From a virus (taxonomy: Duplodnaviria > Caudoviricetes): DNA of 51,418 bases. Position numbers and translations under genes: made by a program. The notes below the pieces were generated by a model. That model saw only the letters and a program-made list of their open reading frames with translations. It had not been told where the DNA came from and made no database searches. The stretch lies in IMG/VR virus record IMGVR_UViG_3300024222_000008, positions 1 through 51,418 of that record. One strand, written 5' to 3'. This document shows, in pieces, positions 7,575 to 16,763 of the stretch (positions are counted from its first letter, which is position 1; each line of letters opens with the position of its first letter).

Positions 7575-8230
7575 GCTGCTGTTGGCGCTGTGACACTGGG
7601 GTTGCTCGCCGGGCCGCGTAATTCTGGCTCCGGCTTGCCGAACGAGCGCCCGGTCGGCGGCATCGCCGTCTGCAGGGCCTTGCGTTCGTCCTCCTTGATC
7701 ATCTGCAGGAGCCGCATCGCGGTCTCGAAGTCCAGCACCCGGTCGAACACCAGGCGGGCCTTGTTCGGCTGATCCGCCAGCACCGTCATCTGGATGTCTC
7801 CCGGCTGGCGTCCGCCGCGGTAGGAGGCGCCGCCCCCGGCGACGAACACCGGTTTGTCGACGGCGAGGTCCTCGATCGGAAGGTTCAGCGCCTCGGCCAG
7901 CTTCGCGAGGTTCTCCGGTTCGGGGTAGCTGGCCCCGGCCAGATAGTGCCCGATCCGGTCTCGGTTACTGGCCACGGTATAACCTCTGGTATCCGTGGTG
8001 GTCCCCCAGACCCGGCGGGCCACCTCGGACGCACTCAGCTTCTGTTCTAGCATGGCAGCCCGCAGGGCGCTGGCGAACCGGGCGTATTCTGGTCGCGAGG
8101 GCGGACCACTCTTAACAACGTTTTGTCGTGTCGTGTCATGGTCCGCTCCCCCGACGTTTTGTGGAGGCGATGGTGGAGCGACAACGGTCGTGTCAGCAAG
8201 TCCTTTTTTCAGCGAAGCATTCCGAGGCAT
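7571..8230 (-). CDS. XRE-family repressor (CI-like, no S24 peptidase domain)
   Basis: LSASEVARRV...IGHYLAGASYP...KLAEAL; divergent from the Cro-like gene. Confidence 0.85.
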   Translation of the reverse strand: MPRNASLKKGLADTTVVAPPSPPQNVGGADHDTTRQNVVKSGPPSRPEYARFASALRAAMLEQKLSASEVARRVWGTTTDTRGYTVASNRDRIGHYLAGASYPEPENLAKLAEALNLPIEDLAVDKPVFVAGGGASYRGGRQPGDIQMTVLADQPNKARLVFDRVLDFETAMRLLQMIKEDERKALQTAMPPTGRSFGKPEPELRGPASNPSVTAPTAA

Positions 8231-8588
8231 GGTGTGGGTGTCCTTTGCAAGAACTATTAGGTTTTTGGCGATAACTGGGTAACCAGTGGTAACCAGTGCG
8301 AACGGTTTAGCTCGCGCTGGTTATCCGTTGGTATACACACATTTGGTATGCAACACAACAAAATGTGTTAACAACCCTACAATTTGTTGTCACACATCTG
8401 TAAGGTGCAGACCGGTTGTGTTATCCCGGTTTGCTCACAACTAGGACGGGGACCGCACCCTTCCGGTTGTATGTCTTATCCCCGTAATACGAAGCGTGAC
8501 ACCACCGGTAGCAAAGCGTTAATGTGTTCGGCTTTTCAGCTTCACGAATTTGACATGTGACAAAAACCTACATGAAAGGGATCACGAA
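8231..8588. promoter_or_regulatory. divergent lysis/lysogeny switch region
   Basis: AT-rich gap between divergent HTH genes; tandem GGTAACCAGT x2 (8278-8297); ACACAAC motifs; TTGACA at 8550. Confidence 0.7.
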
Positions 8589-8864
8589 ATGGTGACCATC
8601 GATGTGCCGCACGTGTTTCGTGTTTTCCAGGGACCCCAGGGTCTGTTGGATCTGTTGACCAAACGTCAGCCCGGACACGGTCTGACCTACAACCGTGTCC
8701 AGATGTGGCAACAGCGCGGCAGCATCCCGGCAAAGTTCCTCGGCGCCATCTTGTATTGCATCGAACACGAAGGCTACAAATGCGTGGAGTTCCTGGTGGA
8801 CCACGACGAAATGCGACCACCGCCCCGCAACAACACCCCTACAAATGCGCGTCCTAGGGGTTGA
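8589..8864 (+). CDS. Cro-like HTH protein
   Basis: LTYNRVQMWQQRGSIP pattern; first gene of the rightward operon. Confidence 0.75.
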   Translation: MVTIDVPHVFRVFQGPQGLLDLLTKRQPGHGLTYNRVQMWQQRGSIPAKFLGAILYCIEHEGYKCVEFLVDHDEMRPPPRNNTPTNARPRG

Positions 8865-9321
8865 CCCGGGCGCCACTGGGGCGCTGGCGATGTGGGACAG
8901 CGACCTGGAGGCGTTGATCGTGGTGGACATGCCCAGCGTCGCGGTGCGGGTCGGCAAGACCAAGCGGCGGCAGATCAGCGAGAGCTGGCTGGCCGCCACC
9001 CTGAAAGTGTTCGAGCCGGACTGTGCCTGGATCGAGCGGGTTCACGCCTTGCCCGGTCAGGGCGTCACCAGCTCGTTCTCGTTCGGCATGGCCTATGGTC
9101 TGGTCCGCGGCGTTCTCGCCGCTCTCGGGGTGCCGGTCAGCCTGGTCACGCCCAACGAGTGGAAACGCAGCTTCAGGCTTGGTCCCGACAAGAACGAAGC
9201 CCGCCTGATCGCTGCCCGGTTGTTTCCTGCCTCTGCCGGCCGGTTTTCCAGGGCTATGGACGATGGCCGGGCTGAGGCAGCCTTACTGGCCCTGTTCGGG
9301 GCTAACCACCGAGGCGATTGA
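8845..9321 (+). CDS. RuvC-like Holliday junction resolvase
   Basis: MRVLGVDPG, WIE, SSFSFG, TPNEWK, DGRAEA motifs. Confidence 0.9.
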   Translation: MRVLGVDPGATGALAMWDSDLEALIVVDMPSVAVRVGKTKRRQISESWLAATLKVFEPDCAWIERVHALPGQGVTSSFSFGMAYGLVRGVLAALGVPVSLVTPNEWKRSFRLGPDKNEARLIAARLFPASAGRFSRAMDDGRAEAALLALFGANHRGD

Positions 9322-9535
9322 CGTAGGTCGAGATGAGTTTCTCAATAGGAGATCTTCGATGCCAGAGGCTACGTCTAGAAAGGACGCAAACACCGATCGA
9401 ACGGGGACGCAATACTGGCAGGAGCCGCCCCGGGTAGCCGTCGCTTCATCAGGATTAACCGCGCTTCCAGTAGACGGCTCGCGGTGACAGGCCGGAGAGA
9501 CGGTCAACATCATGTAGGTTGTTTGTAGTTTTTGC

Positions 9536-9564
9536 TTGACACGACAAAAACAACACAACACATT
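9536..9564 (+). promoter_or_regulatory. sigma70-like promoter for the replication operon with an operator overlapping -35
   Basis: TTGACA-N17-CACATT; GACACGAC octamer at 9538-9545. Confidence 0.55.
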
Positions 9565-9629
9565 GGTCCCTAGTTAGGCCCGATTGTAGTCCTCGAAAGA
9601 GGACCACAAATAGCGGGGAGGGGACAACT

Positions 9630-11096
9630 GTGTCTGTTGCTTTAGCTCAGACCATGAATACTTGCCCGCCATTGCGCGACTACCAGGTCGCGGGTGTCAC
9701 CTGGCTGACCACTTCTCTGCGGGACCACAAAGCCGTCCTCTTGTGTGACGACCCGGGACTGGGCAAGACCCGCCAGGCTCTGACCACGGCCAGCCACCTG
9801 GCAGCACGGCGTGTCCTGATCGTCTGCCCGGCGGGCGCCCGACGTGTCTGGCGGGACGAGATTGAGCGTTGGTTCCCCTTGTGGAACGCCCGGGTGTTCC
9901 TGGTCGAACCAGGCACGCTCACTGGCAGGGTCCAGCAGATCCTAGCGTATCCAGGTCCCCTGATCCTGGTGATCGGCTACGATGACTTGTCCCCGACCGA
10001 GAGCAACGTCCCGGGCCTGCTCGCCAGTCACGCCAACCCCTGGGACCTGCTGATCATCGACGAGGCCCACTACCTCAAGAACTTCTCCAACCGCACCAAG
10101 GCGGTCTACGGCGTCCGCGGCGACAACGAGGGCATCCAGGCCAACGCCGCCCGCGTGATCTTGCTGAGCGGCACGCCGACGCCCAACCATGCCGGCGAGC
10201 TATGGCAGCACTGCCGCACCTTGTGGCCCTGGTCCCTGCTGTGGCCGCACGGCAGTCCCCGCGCCGGCCAGCGCATGAGCCAGCAGGATTTTGAAGAACG
10301 CTTCACCCGTTATCGGGACACGGTTTACGGCCGTCAGATCGCCGGCTCGAAGCACCAGGACCAGTTGCGCGCCACCCTCGCGCGGGTGGTCCTGCGGCGT
10401 CGCAAGGACGACGTGCTGCCCGAACTGCCGCCGCTGCAGATCCAGGACATCGCGCTCGACGCGCCCCTCAAGGGTCAACGGCTCAACCCGCAGGCCCAGG
10501 CACTGGCTGACCGCCTGGTCTGGTCCCTTGGCGCGCTGACCCAGCCCGGCGGTGACAATCAGCTGCTCAAGACCCTGCAGACCCCCGATGGCGAACTCGC
10601 CACGCTCAGACGCGAACTGGGCGAACTCAAGGTCCCGCCCGCCATTCTCTGGGTCCAGGAACGCCTGCAGTCGACCAACAAGATTTTGCTCTTTGCCTGG
10701 CATCTCTCGGTGATCGAGCATCTGCGCCGCGGCCTCGCCGACTTCGATCCGGTGGTGATCACCGGCGAGACCTCGCCCCTGGGCCGCACCAACGCGGTGG
10801 AGCTGTTTCAGCGCCGCGCCAGCGTGCGGGTATTCATCGGCCAGATCAAAGCGGCCGGCACCGCCATCACCCTCACGGCCGCCTCTGAGGTGGCGATCGT
10901 CGAGCCGTCCTGGGTGCCGGGCGAGAACGTTCAGGCGATCTGCCGCGCCCACCGTCTCGGCCAGCGCGACAGCGTGCTGGCGTCCTTCCTTTACCTGCCC
11001 GGAACGCTTGACCAGCGGATCATGGCCGCGTTCCGGCGCAAGGCCCACGAGATCGCCGAACTACAAGGGGACCGGATCAATGCAAGTGCAGGTTAA
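9630..11096 (+). CDS. SNF2-family helicase
   Basis: DDPGLGKT, DEAH, LSGTP, QAICRAHRLGQ motifs. Confidence 0.93.
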   Translation: MSVALAQTMNTCPPLRDYQVAGVTWLTTSLRDHKAVLLCDDPGLGKTRQALTTASHLAARRVLIVCPAGARRVWRDEIERWFPLWNARVFLVEPGTLTGRVQQILAYPGPLILVIGYDDLSPTESNVPGLLASHANPWDLLIIDEAHYLKNFSNRTKAVYGVRGDNEGIQANAARVILLSGTPTPNHAGELWQHCRTLWPWSLLWPHGSPRAGQRMSQQDFEERFTRYRDTVYGRQIAGSKHQDQLRATLARVVLRRRKDDVLPELPPLQIQDIALDAPLKGQRLNPQAQALADRLVWSLGALTQPGGDNQLLKTLQTPDGELATLRRELGELKVPPAILWVQERLQSTNKILLFAWHLSVIEHLRRGLADFDPVVITGETSPLGRTNAVELFQRRASVRVFIGQIKAAGTAITLTAASEVAIVEPSWVPGENVQAICRAHRLGQRDSVLASFLYLPGTLDQRIMAAFRRKAHEIAELQGDRINASAG

Positions 11097-11649
11097 CGTG
11101 ATTTTCGATCTGGAGAGCGAACTGGAAAGGTCAACGCTCACCAACCGGATCGCCAGGATGCTCGAAGCGGTCGGCGTGTCCGCCGCCGTGGTCCCGCTCC
11201 CCGGCAACGGGACCGCTGGTCCTGAACCCGCTGCATCGGATGTGACCCCGCCAAAGGCACCATCGCCGGGGCGCGTGCAGGCCGCGGCAAATGCCCGTGC
11301 CGCTAAACAGTCCCAGCAGGCTCAGGCCAAGCTGAACCCGCCGGTGGACGATCGTCCTGTCGGTGTCACTGGCGGCGTCAACGGTGGTCCGGTCGACGCC
11401 GCTGATGATGACGCTGACGATACCGACGACGCGCTGGGTTTGAATTCGCCCTCGATGTCGCCGGGTGAGGCCAAGGACGCCGGCCTGGCACTGGTCCGCG
11501 AAGCTTACAGTGCGGGGCATGTGGCGCAGGTCAAAGCGCTGCAGAAGGAACTCGGCGTGGCGAAGTTCTACGACGTCGACGTCACCAACGGCCACGCGTT
11601 CTACCAGCGCGTGATGAAGCTGGCGCATGAAGTGGGGATACGCCGGTGA
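11080..11649 (+). CDS. hypothetical replication-module protein
   Basis: ATG 11080 with upstream GGGG; low-complexity middle, small helical C-terminal domain. Confidence 0.7.
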   Translation: MQVQVNVIFDLESELERSTLTNRIARMLEAVGVSAAVVPLPGNGTAGPEPAASDVTPPKAPSPGRVQAAANARAAKQSQQAQAKLNPPVDDRPVGVTGGVNGGPVDAADDDADDTDDALGLNSPSMSPGEAKDAGLALVREAYSAGHVAQVKALQKELGVAKFYDVDVTNGHAFYQRVMKLAHEVGIRR

Positions 11650-11861
11650 GACGGCGCGTCATCCACGTCACCCTGCGGGACGACCAGTTGCCCGAAGGGG
11701 ACCAGCAGATCCTGACCATCGCGCATGCGATCGAGGTCTCGGTCAGACCGGCGGACAAGGAAGTTTACATCAAGGCGGTGGTCGGCCACATCGCGGAGCA
11801 GTTTGAATTCGCCCTGCGGGCCGCGCTGAAGCTCCCCGCCGACTTCATCGAACGGCCATGA
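11646..11861 (+). CDS. hypothetical protein
   Basis: GTGA/ATGA coupling on both sides. Confidence 0.65.
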   Translation: MRRRVIHVTLRDDQLPEGDQQILTIAHAIEVSVRPADKEVYIKAVVGHIAEQFEFALRAALKLPADFIERP

Positions 11862-12031
11862 TTATTCAGATCGCGGTGTCATCGTCCGTTGGCACGCCGG
11901 ACGTGCTGTATGGGCTGGCGGCGGACGGCACCGTCTGGCGGCTGGTGGTCAAGCTGGACCATGCCTGGCAGCAGCTGCCGTCGCTGCCGGAACCCGCCGA
12001 GACGACACCCGCCCAGGTCCCGGTGCCGTGA
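11858..12031 (+). CDS. small phage protein MIIQIAV...LYGLAADGTVW...WQQLP (57 aa, not in ORF track)
   Basis: Manually translated; fills the gap exactly with overlapping start and stop codons. Confidence 0.7.
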   Translation: MIIQIAVSSSVGTPDVLYGLAADGTVWRLVVKLDHAWQQLPSLPEPAETTPAQVPVP

Positions 12032-13245
12032 AAACGCCGGCCCACTCACTGCTGGGCGCCTCCGGCGCCTATCGCTGGCTGAACTGCCCCGGCAGCTTCC
12101 AGCTCAGCGTGACCGCGCCACCGCGGCCGGCGTCGATCTATGCCGCGACCGGCACGTTGGCGCATGACTTCATCGAAGAGGCGCTTGCCGCGGCGATCGT
12201 CGGGGGTCAGCCCCTTGGTCACCATCGCATGACGCAGTCCGAGTTGGGCGAGACATGCACCGTCGAAGGTCACACGATCACGGTCGACCAGGACCTGATC
12301 GACGGCGTCAACGTGATGCTGGACTATGTTGCCGCAGCACGGTCGCAGAGCGACTGGATACGGTGTGAGTTTCAGGTCGAACTCAACGATTATTTTCTGC
12401 CTTCGCAGCCGCCGCCGGTCCTGCTGTTCGGCCGGGTCGACGTGGCGCTCTTAGATTTACAGACCGACACGCTGGAGATCATCGACTATAAGAACGGCTC
12501 CGGCGTGTTCGTCATGGTGAAGGACAATCCGCAGCTGCTTTACTACGCGGCGGGTGTCCTGCGGCAGCTGCCTAAACACCAGCTGCGCCGGCTCAAGCGG
12601 ATCAAGCTCACCGTCGTGCAGCCCAACGCACCGGGCAGCGAACCGATCAGGTCCTGGCAGATCACGCCGGTGGATCTCCTGATGTGGATCGACGAGGTGC
12701 TGGTCCCCGGCGTCGAGGCGTGCGCCCAGGACAACCCGCCGCTGGTCCCTGGTCCCTGGTGCCGGTTCTGCCCGGCGATCCACACGTGCCCCCGTCTGAT
12801 GCAGGATGCCAACGAGATGGCCAAGCGTGATTTCGCCGATCACATCCTGCCTGATGATCCCGACGAGCTGGCCCGCAACCTGGACATCGCCGAGCGTGCC
12901 CAGATGTGGATCAACGCACTGCAGGCATACGCGATCGAACAGCTGCAGCGTCAGGTGCGTGTCCCTGGGTGGGAACTGATCCCGACGCGTCCCACGCGCA
13001 AGTGGATCGATGATGCCGTCACGGAACGTGAGCTGACAGCCCTTGGTGTGGACGGCAAGGTAATCTGGGAAACCCGGTTGCGATCGCCGGCGCAAATCGA
13101 GAAAGCGCTGACGCGCAGCACGTATCGCTACATCTGGCGAGACCGGTTGTTCGACACTTTGGTCGAGAGCAAGTCGTCCGGCGTCAAGCTGGCGCGCTCT
13201 GACAAATCTGATGCAGCAGGAGATTTCAGCGATGGCCCTGACTGA
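12028..13245 (+). CDS. DUF2800-type Cas4-like PD-(D/E)XK nuclease
   Basis: HSLLGAS..RWLNCPGS, GTLAH, GRVD...IIDYK, QLLYYA, CRFC..C. Confidence 0.88.
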   Translation: MKTPAHSLLGASGAYRWLNCPGSFQLSVTAPPRPASIYAATGTLAHDFIEEALAAAIVGGQPLGHHRMTQSELGETCTVEGHTITVDQDLIDGVNVMLDYVAAARSQSDWIRCEFQVELNDYFLPSQPPPVLLFGRVDVALLDLQTDTLEIIDYKNGSGVFVMVKDNPQLLYYAAGVLRQLPKHQLRRLKRIKLTVVQPNAPGSEPIRSWQITPVDLLMWIDEVLVPGVEACAQDNPPLVPGPWCRFCPAIHTCPRLMQDANEMAKRDFADHILPDDPDELARNLDIAERAQMWINALQAYAIEQLQRQVRVPGWELIPTRPTRKWIDDAVTERELTALGVDGKVIWETRLRSPAQIEKALTRSTYRYIWRDRLFDTLVESKSSGVKLARSDKSDAAGDFSDGPD

Positions 13246-13435
13246 GGCGGACGCCCATCTGATGGCGCTCAAGCAATGCCTCATACTGGGGCGTCAGCGT
13301 GTATCCGATTGTATCAACGATCTGGAGGACGCGATGGCTGAACGCGATCTGCGCACGCAGCAGGACAAGCTCACCGACGTGATCCTGAGCCTGAAATACA
13401 CCATCGACTTTATCCTGGGAGACCCTTCACCATGA
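13232..13435 (+). CDS. hypothetical protein
   Basis: AGGAG RBS; coupled to the next gene. Confidence 0.6.
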   Translation: MALTEADAHLMALKQCLILGRQRVSDCINDLEDAMAERDLRTQQDKLTDVILSLKYTIDFILGDPSP

Positions 13436-14016
13436 GTTCTATCCGCACGCCCATCGGCATCCTGTCGTTCCCGGTGTTGTTCGCTCCGCGCCCGCGCGCC
13501 CCGGGCGGCGATCCGGTCTATCAGGTGTCGCTGCTGTTCGATCAGACTGCGCAGCGTGATCCCGCCTACGACGATCTGCGTAAGGCGGTGAGCGAGGCGA
13601 TCGATGAAGAGTGGGGACAAGGCAAGTCCCGGGACAAAGTCTTCATCGCCGGCATCCGGCTGCCCTTCCGTAAGTGTAGTGAGAAAACCTATGCCGGCTA
13701 TGACATCCCGGGTGGCATGTATATCTCGCCCTGGTCCAAGTCACGCCCCGGCCTGGTGGACGCGCGACGGGTTGAGATCACTGTGCCGGAGGACATCTGG
13801 GCCGGTCAGATGGCGCGCGCCACGGTGGCGCCGTTCACCTACAACCAGGCCGGCAACAAGGGCGTCTCGTTCGCCCTGAACAACCTGCAGATCTGCCGCA
13901 CCGACACCAAGCGGATCGATGGCCGCAAAGCGGCAACTGATGATTTCCCTGATTATGATGGTCCTGGCGGCACGCCGGTAATGGCCGGCGCCGATGACGA
14001 CGATCCGCCATTTTGA
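13432..14016 (+). CDS. DUF2815-type ssDNA-binding protein
   Basis: LSFP.LF.P, GNKGVSFALNNLQ, acidic C-terminus ending in F. Confidence 0.88.
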   Translation: MSSIRTPIGILSFPVLFAPRPRAPGGDPVYQVSLLFDQTAQRDPAYDDLRKAVSEAIDEEWGQGKSRDKVFIAGIRLPFRKCSEKTYAGYDIPGGMYISPWSKSRPGLVDARRVEITVPEDIWAGQMARATVAPFTYNQAGNKGVSFALNNLQICRTDTKRIDGRKAATDDFPDYDGPGGTPVMAGADDDDPPF

Positions 14017-14348
14017 TGGATAGCGCGACAATTCTGTTCCTGCCGCCGGATCGGTTCGATCGACTGATGGAGGTCATGCGGCGTGTCAAGCCGCATGAAC
14101 GCGGTGGTTGGCAGAGCCGGCTGCGGGTTTGGAAAAACCAGGTGGACGAGAGTTTGTGCGCGATCAGGTTGTTGCCACGTCTTGGTCAACTGGACGACAT
14201 GGTGTTTATCGCGCGGGCCATCGAACAGCGCAACATTGGTGGCTGGCAAAAACACGCCTTTGATATTTTCGAGGGCACGCATCCTCGTTTCACCGGACTA
14301 ACGATAAGGCCGCGGCCACCTCGGCGCATCGATGCGCCTGGTCCTTGA
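14016..14348 (+). CDS. hypothetical protein
   Basis: Operon position; duplicated GGWQ motif. Confidence 0.65.
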   Translation: MDSATILFLPPDRFDRLMEVMRRVKPHERGGWQSRLRVWKNQVDESLCAIRLLPRLGQLDDMVFIARAIEQRNIGGWQKHAFDIFEGTHPRFTGLTIRPRPPRRIDAPGP

Positions 14349-16242
14349 CTTAGAGACCGCGTCGACCTGCGACCTGCGTAAAACCGGTGCACAGGTCTAC
14401 GCCGAGCATCCTGACACCCGGATCACCGTGCTGTGCTACGCGATCGATGACGGTCCCGTGCGGACCGTCACCGACTTCACCGGTGACATCGACTTCCACC
14501 TAGCAGTGATAGACCGTGCCACCGTCGTGGTGGCGCACAACTACACGTTCGAGTGGCACCTGTATTACGCCAAACTGGTCCCGCTGGGCTGGCCGGTGAT
14601 CCCGCTGGCCCAGTGGTCCTGCACCATGGCCCGGTCCCTGGTGGCGGGCTACCCGGCGAGCCTCGACGTGGGCGGCCGGGCGATCGGTCTGCGCTTCCGC
14701 AAGGACCCCGGTGCCCGGGACCTGATGCTGCGGTTCGCCCGGCCCCGCAGCCTCAACCCGACCACCTGGTGGCACGAGACCGACCCGGCGCGTTTCCAGA
14801 AGCTCTGTGAATACTGCCAGGGCGACGTCCTCGCCGAGCGTGAGCTGGACAGCCGCCTGCCTGAGTTGTCCCCGCGGGAGCGCGCGGTGTTCGAGCTGGA
14901 CCATCACATCAATCAGCGCGGCCTCGGCGTCGACTATCCGCTGGTGCAGGACCTGGCGGTGCTGACCGAGCAGGCACGGGACCAGCTCGCCCGCGACGTG
15001 GTCCGGCTCACCAACGGCCAGGTTACCTCGCTGAACCAGGTCGCCCAGCTCCGCACCTGGCTGTTCTTCCAGGGCATCGACATGCCCGACCTCAAGCGTG
15101 ACACGGTGAAAGCCTGGCTCGCCGACCCCGCCCTGCCGGACGGCCCCAGGAAGCTGCTCCAGGCCCGTCTGGACGCCTCCCGGGCATCGACCGCCAAGCT
15201 GGCCGCCATCGCCGCTGCACGGTCCCTGGACGGCCGCGTGCGGGGCACCTTCCAATACTACGGCGCCGGCCGCACCGGACGCTGGGCGGGTCGCCGGTTC
15301 CAGCCGCAGAACCTGTTCCGCGGTTCGATCAGGGATGTGCCGGCGGCGATCCGCGCGATCCGTGCCGGCGCCACCCCCGACGACCTCGCCATGCTGTTCG
15401 AGGACAGCGCCCTGGGCGTCGTCGCCAGCTGCCTCCGCTCCACCATCATGGCGGCGCCGTTGCATCGTCTGGTGGTCGCCGACCTGGCGCAGATCGAGGC
15501 CCGCGTGCTGGCCTGGCTGGCCCAGCAGCAAGACGCCCTGACGGTGTTCCGCCGCAACGAGGACATCTACACCGCCACCGCCAACGCGATCGGCTCCACT
15601 AACAGGCAGCTGGGCAAGGTGTTAGTGCTGGCCTGCGGCTTCGGCATGGGTGCCGTCCGGTTCCAGCAGACTGCGCTGTCCTACGGCGTGGTGCTGGACG
15701 CCGTCGAGGCCGAGACCGCGGTCATCCTCTGGCGGCAGCTGAACGTCAACATCGTGACGCTGTGGTGGGAGGCCCACCGGGTGCTGATGCGGGTGCTGCG
15801 CCACGGCCCTGGCACCACCGAGCAGTTAGGGTTCCTGACGTTCATCCATCGTCCCCGCCGGCTGCTGATCCAGCTGCCCAGCACCCGCCATCTGGTCTAT
15901 CGCGAGCCGCGCATCGAACAGAACGACAAGGGCTTCGACGAGTTCACCTACATGGGGTCGCTGGGCGGCAACTGGATCAGGCTGCGGTCCTGGCCCGGCA
16001 AGGTGATCGAGAACATCGTCCAGGCAGTGGCCCGGGACGTCATGGTCGGAGCGATGCTCACCCTGGTGCAGCAACCGCTGATCGCCACCATCCACGACGA
16101 GCTGATCGCGGAAGTTCCCGAGAGCGAAGCGGAGGGAACCCTCGATCTGATGCTCAAGGTGATGCGCCGGACCCCGGCCTGGGCACCCGGTCTGCCGATC
16201 AACGCGGCGGGCTTTGTCGTGCGGCGATACCAGAAAGGCTGA
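14332..16242 (+). CDS. family A DNA polymerase with 3'-5' exonuclease
   Basis: Exo DLET, AHN..FE, YC..D; RTGRWAG; motif A DLAQIEAR; motif B RQLGKVLVLACGFG; motif C HDE. Confidence 0.95.
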   Translation: MRLVLDLETASTCDLRKTGAQVYAEHPDTRITVLCYAIDDGPVRTVTDFTGDIDFHLAVIDRATVVVAHNYTFEWHLYYAKLVPLGWPVIPLAQWSCTMARSLVAGYPASLDVGGRAIGLRFRKDPGARDLMLRFARPRSLNPTTWWHETDPARFQKLCEYCQGDVLAERELDSRLPELSPRERAVFELDHHINQRGLGVDYPLVQDLAVLTEQARDQLARDVVRLTNGQVTSLNQVAQLRTWLFFQGIDMPDLKRDTVKAWLADPALPDGPRKLLQARLDASRASTAKLAAIAAARSLDGRVRGTFQYYGAGRTGRWAGRRFQPQNLFRGSIRDVPAAIRAIRAGATPDDLAMLFEDSALGVVASCLRSTIMAAPLHRLVVADLAQIEARVLAWLAQQQDALTVFRRNEDIYTATANAIGSTNRQLGKVLVLACGFGMGAVRFQQTALSYGVVLDAVEAETAVILWRQLNVNIVTLWWEAHRVLMRVLRHGPGTTEQLGFLTFIHRPRRLLIQLPSTRHLVYREPRIEQNDKGFDEFTYMGSLGGNWIRLRSWPGKVIENIVQAVARDVMVGAMLTLVQQPLIATIHDELIAEVPESEAEGTLDLMLKVMRRTPAWAPGLPINAAGFVVRRYQKG

Positions 16243-16763
16243 CTTTGTCTGGTGGCCTTTGAAAATCATTCGCACACTGGTTTGTCGCGGCCTGCTACAC
16301 AGAACTTGCCAGATATAATCAGCATATTCTCGATCCATGTCTGGCACGATCTGTCGTGTCTTGTGTGCGAACCAGGACACACGGTGGCTTTATGGCCAGA
16401 TACCTGGATGGGGTATAAGACCTGACGGCATAATAATCCGATGACATCGGCAAAACCGCTGCCCTGGCGGCGTCAAAGCCCCGCACAGTCGCGTAACAAA
16501 AAGGGTTGTTTTCTTGCAAATTCACACACTGTTGGTCAAATATCGCACAACACTACACACAACAACGTCGACTAAGTCATTGAAATCATTAGTGTAGATT
16601 TGTCCAGTGCTTTACTTTTCAGAGGGGTTTGTAGGGCGACAAACCTGGTATAAGACCTTGATATAATTGGTGTTTTTCGTGTCCTTTAGACTGTGTGTGT
16701 AATTCGCACACAAGACACGACACACGACATTGCTTTGTCTTTCGGGCATTTTGTCATGGCGTG
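16243..16763. promoter_or_regulatory. AT-rich convergence region; candidate attP
   Basis: IHF-consensus site 16651-16663, near-match 16573-16585, inverted repeat 16626-16645. Confidence 0.45.

Noticed and set aside
9446-9452. Hammerhead core CUGAUGA on the minus strand
   Set aside because: No correctly placed stem II-GAAA or cleavage triplet found
16425-16452. dif-like site (GCATAATAA)
   Set aside because: Only a XerC-like half; no XerD arm (TTATGTTAAA-like) at 6-bp spacing
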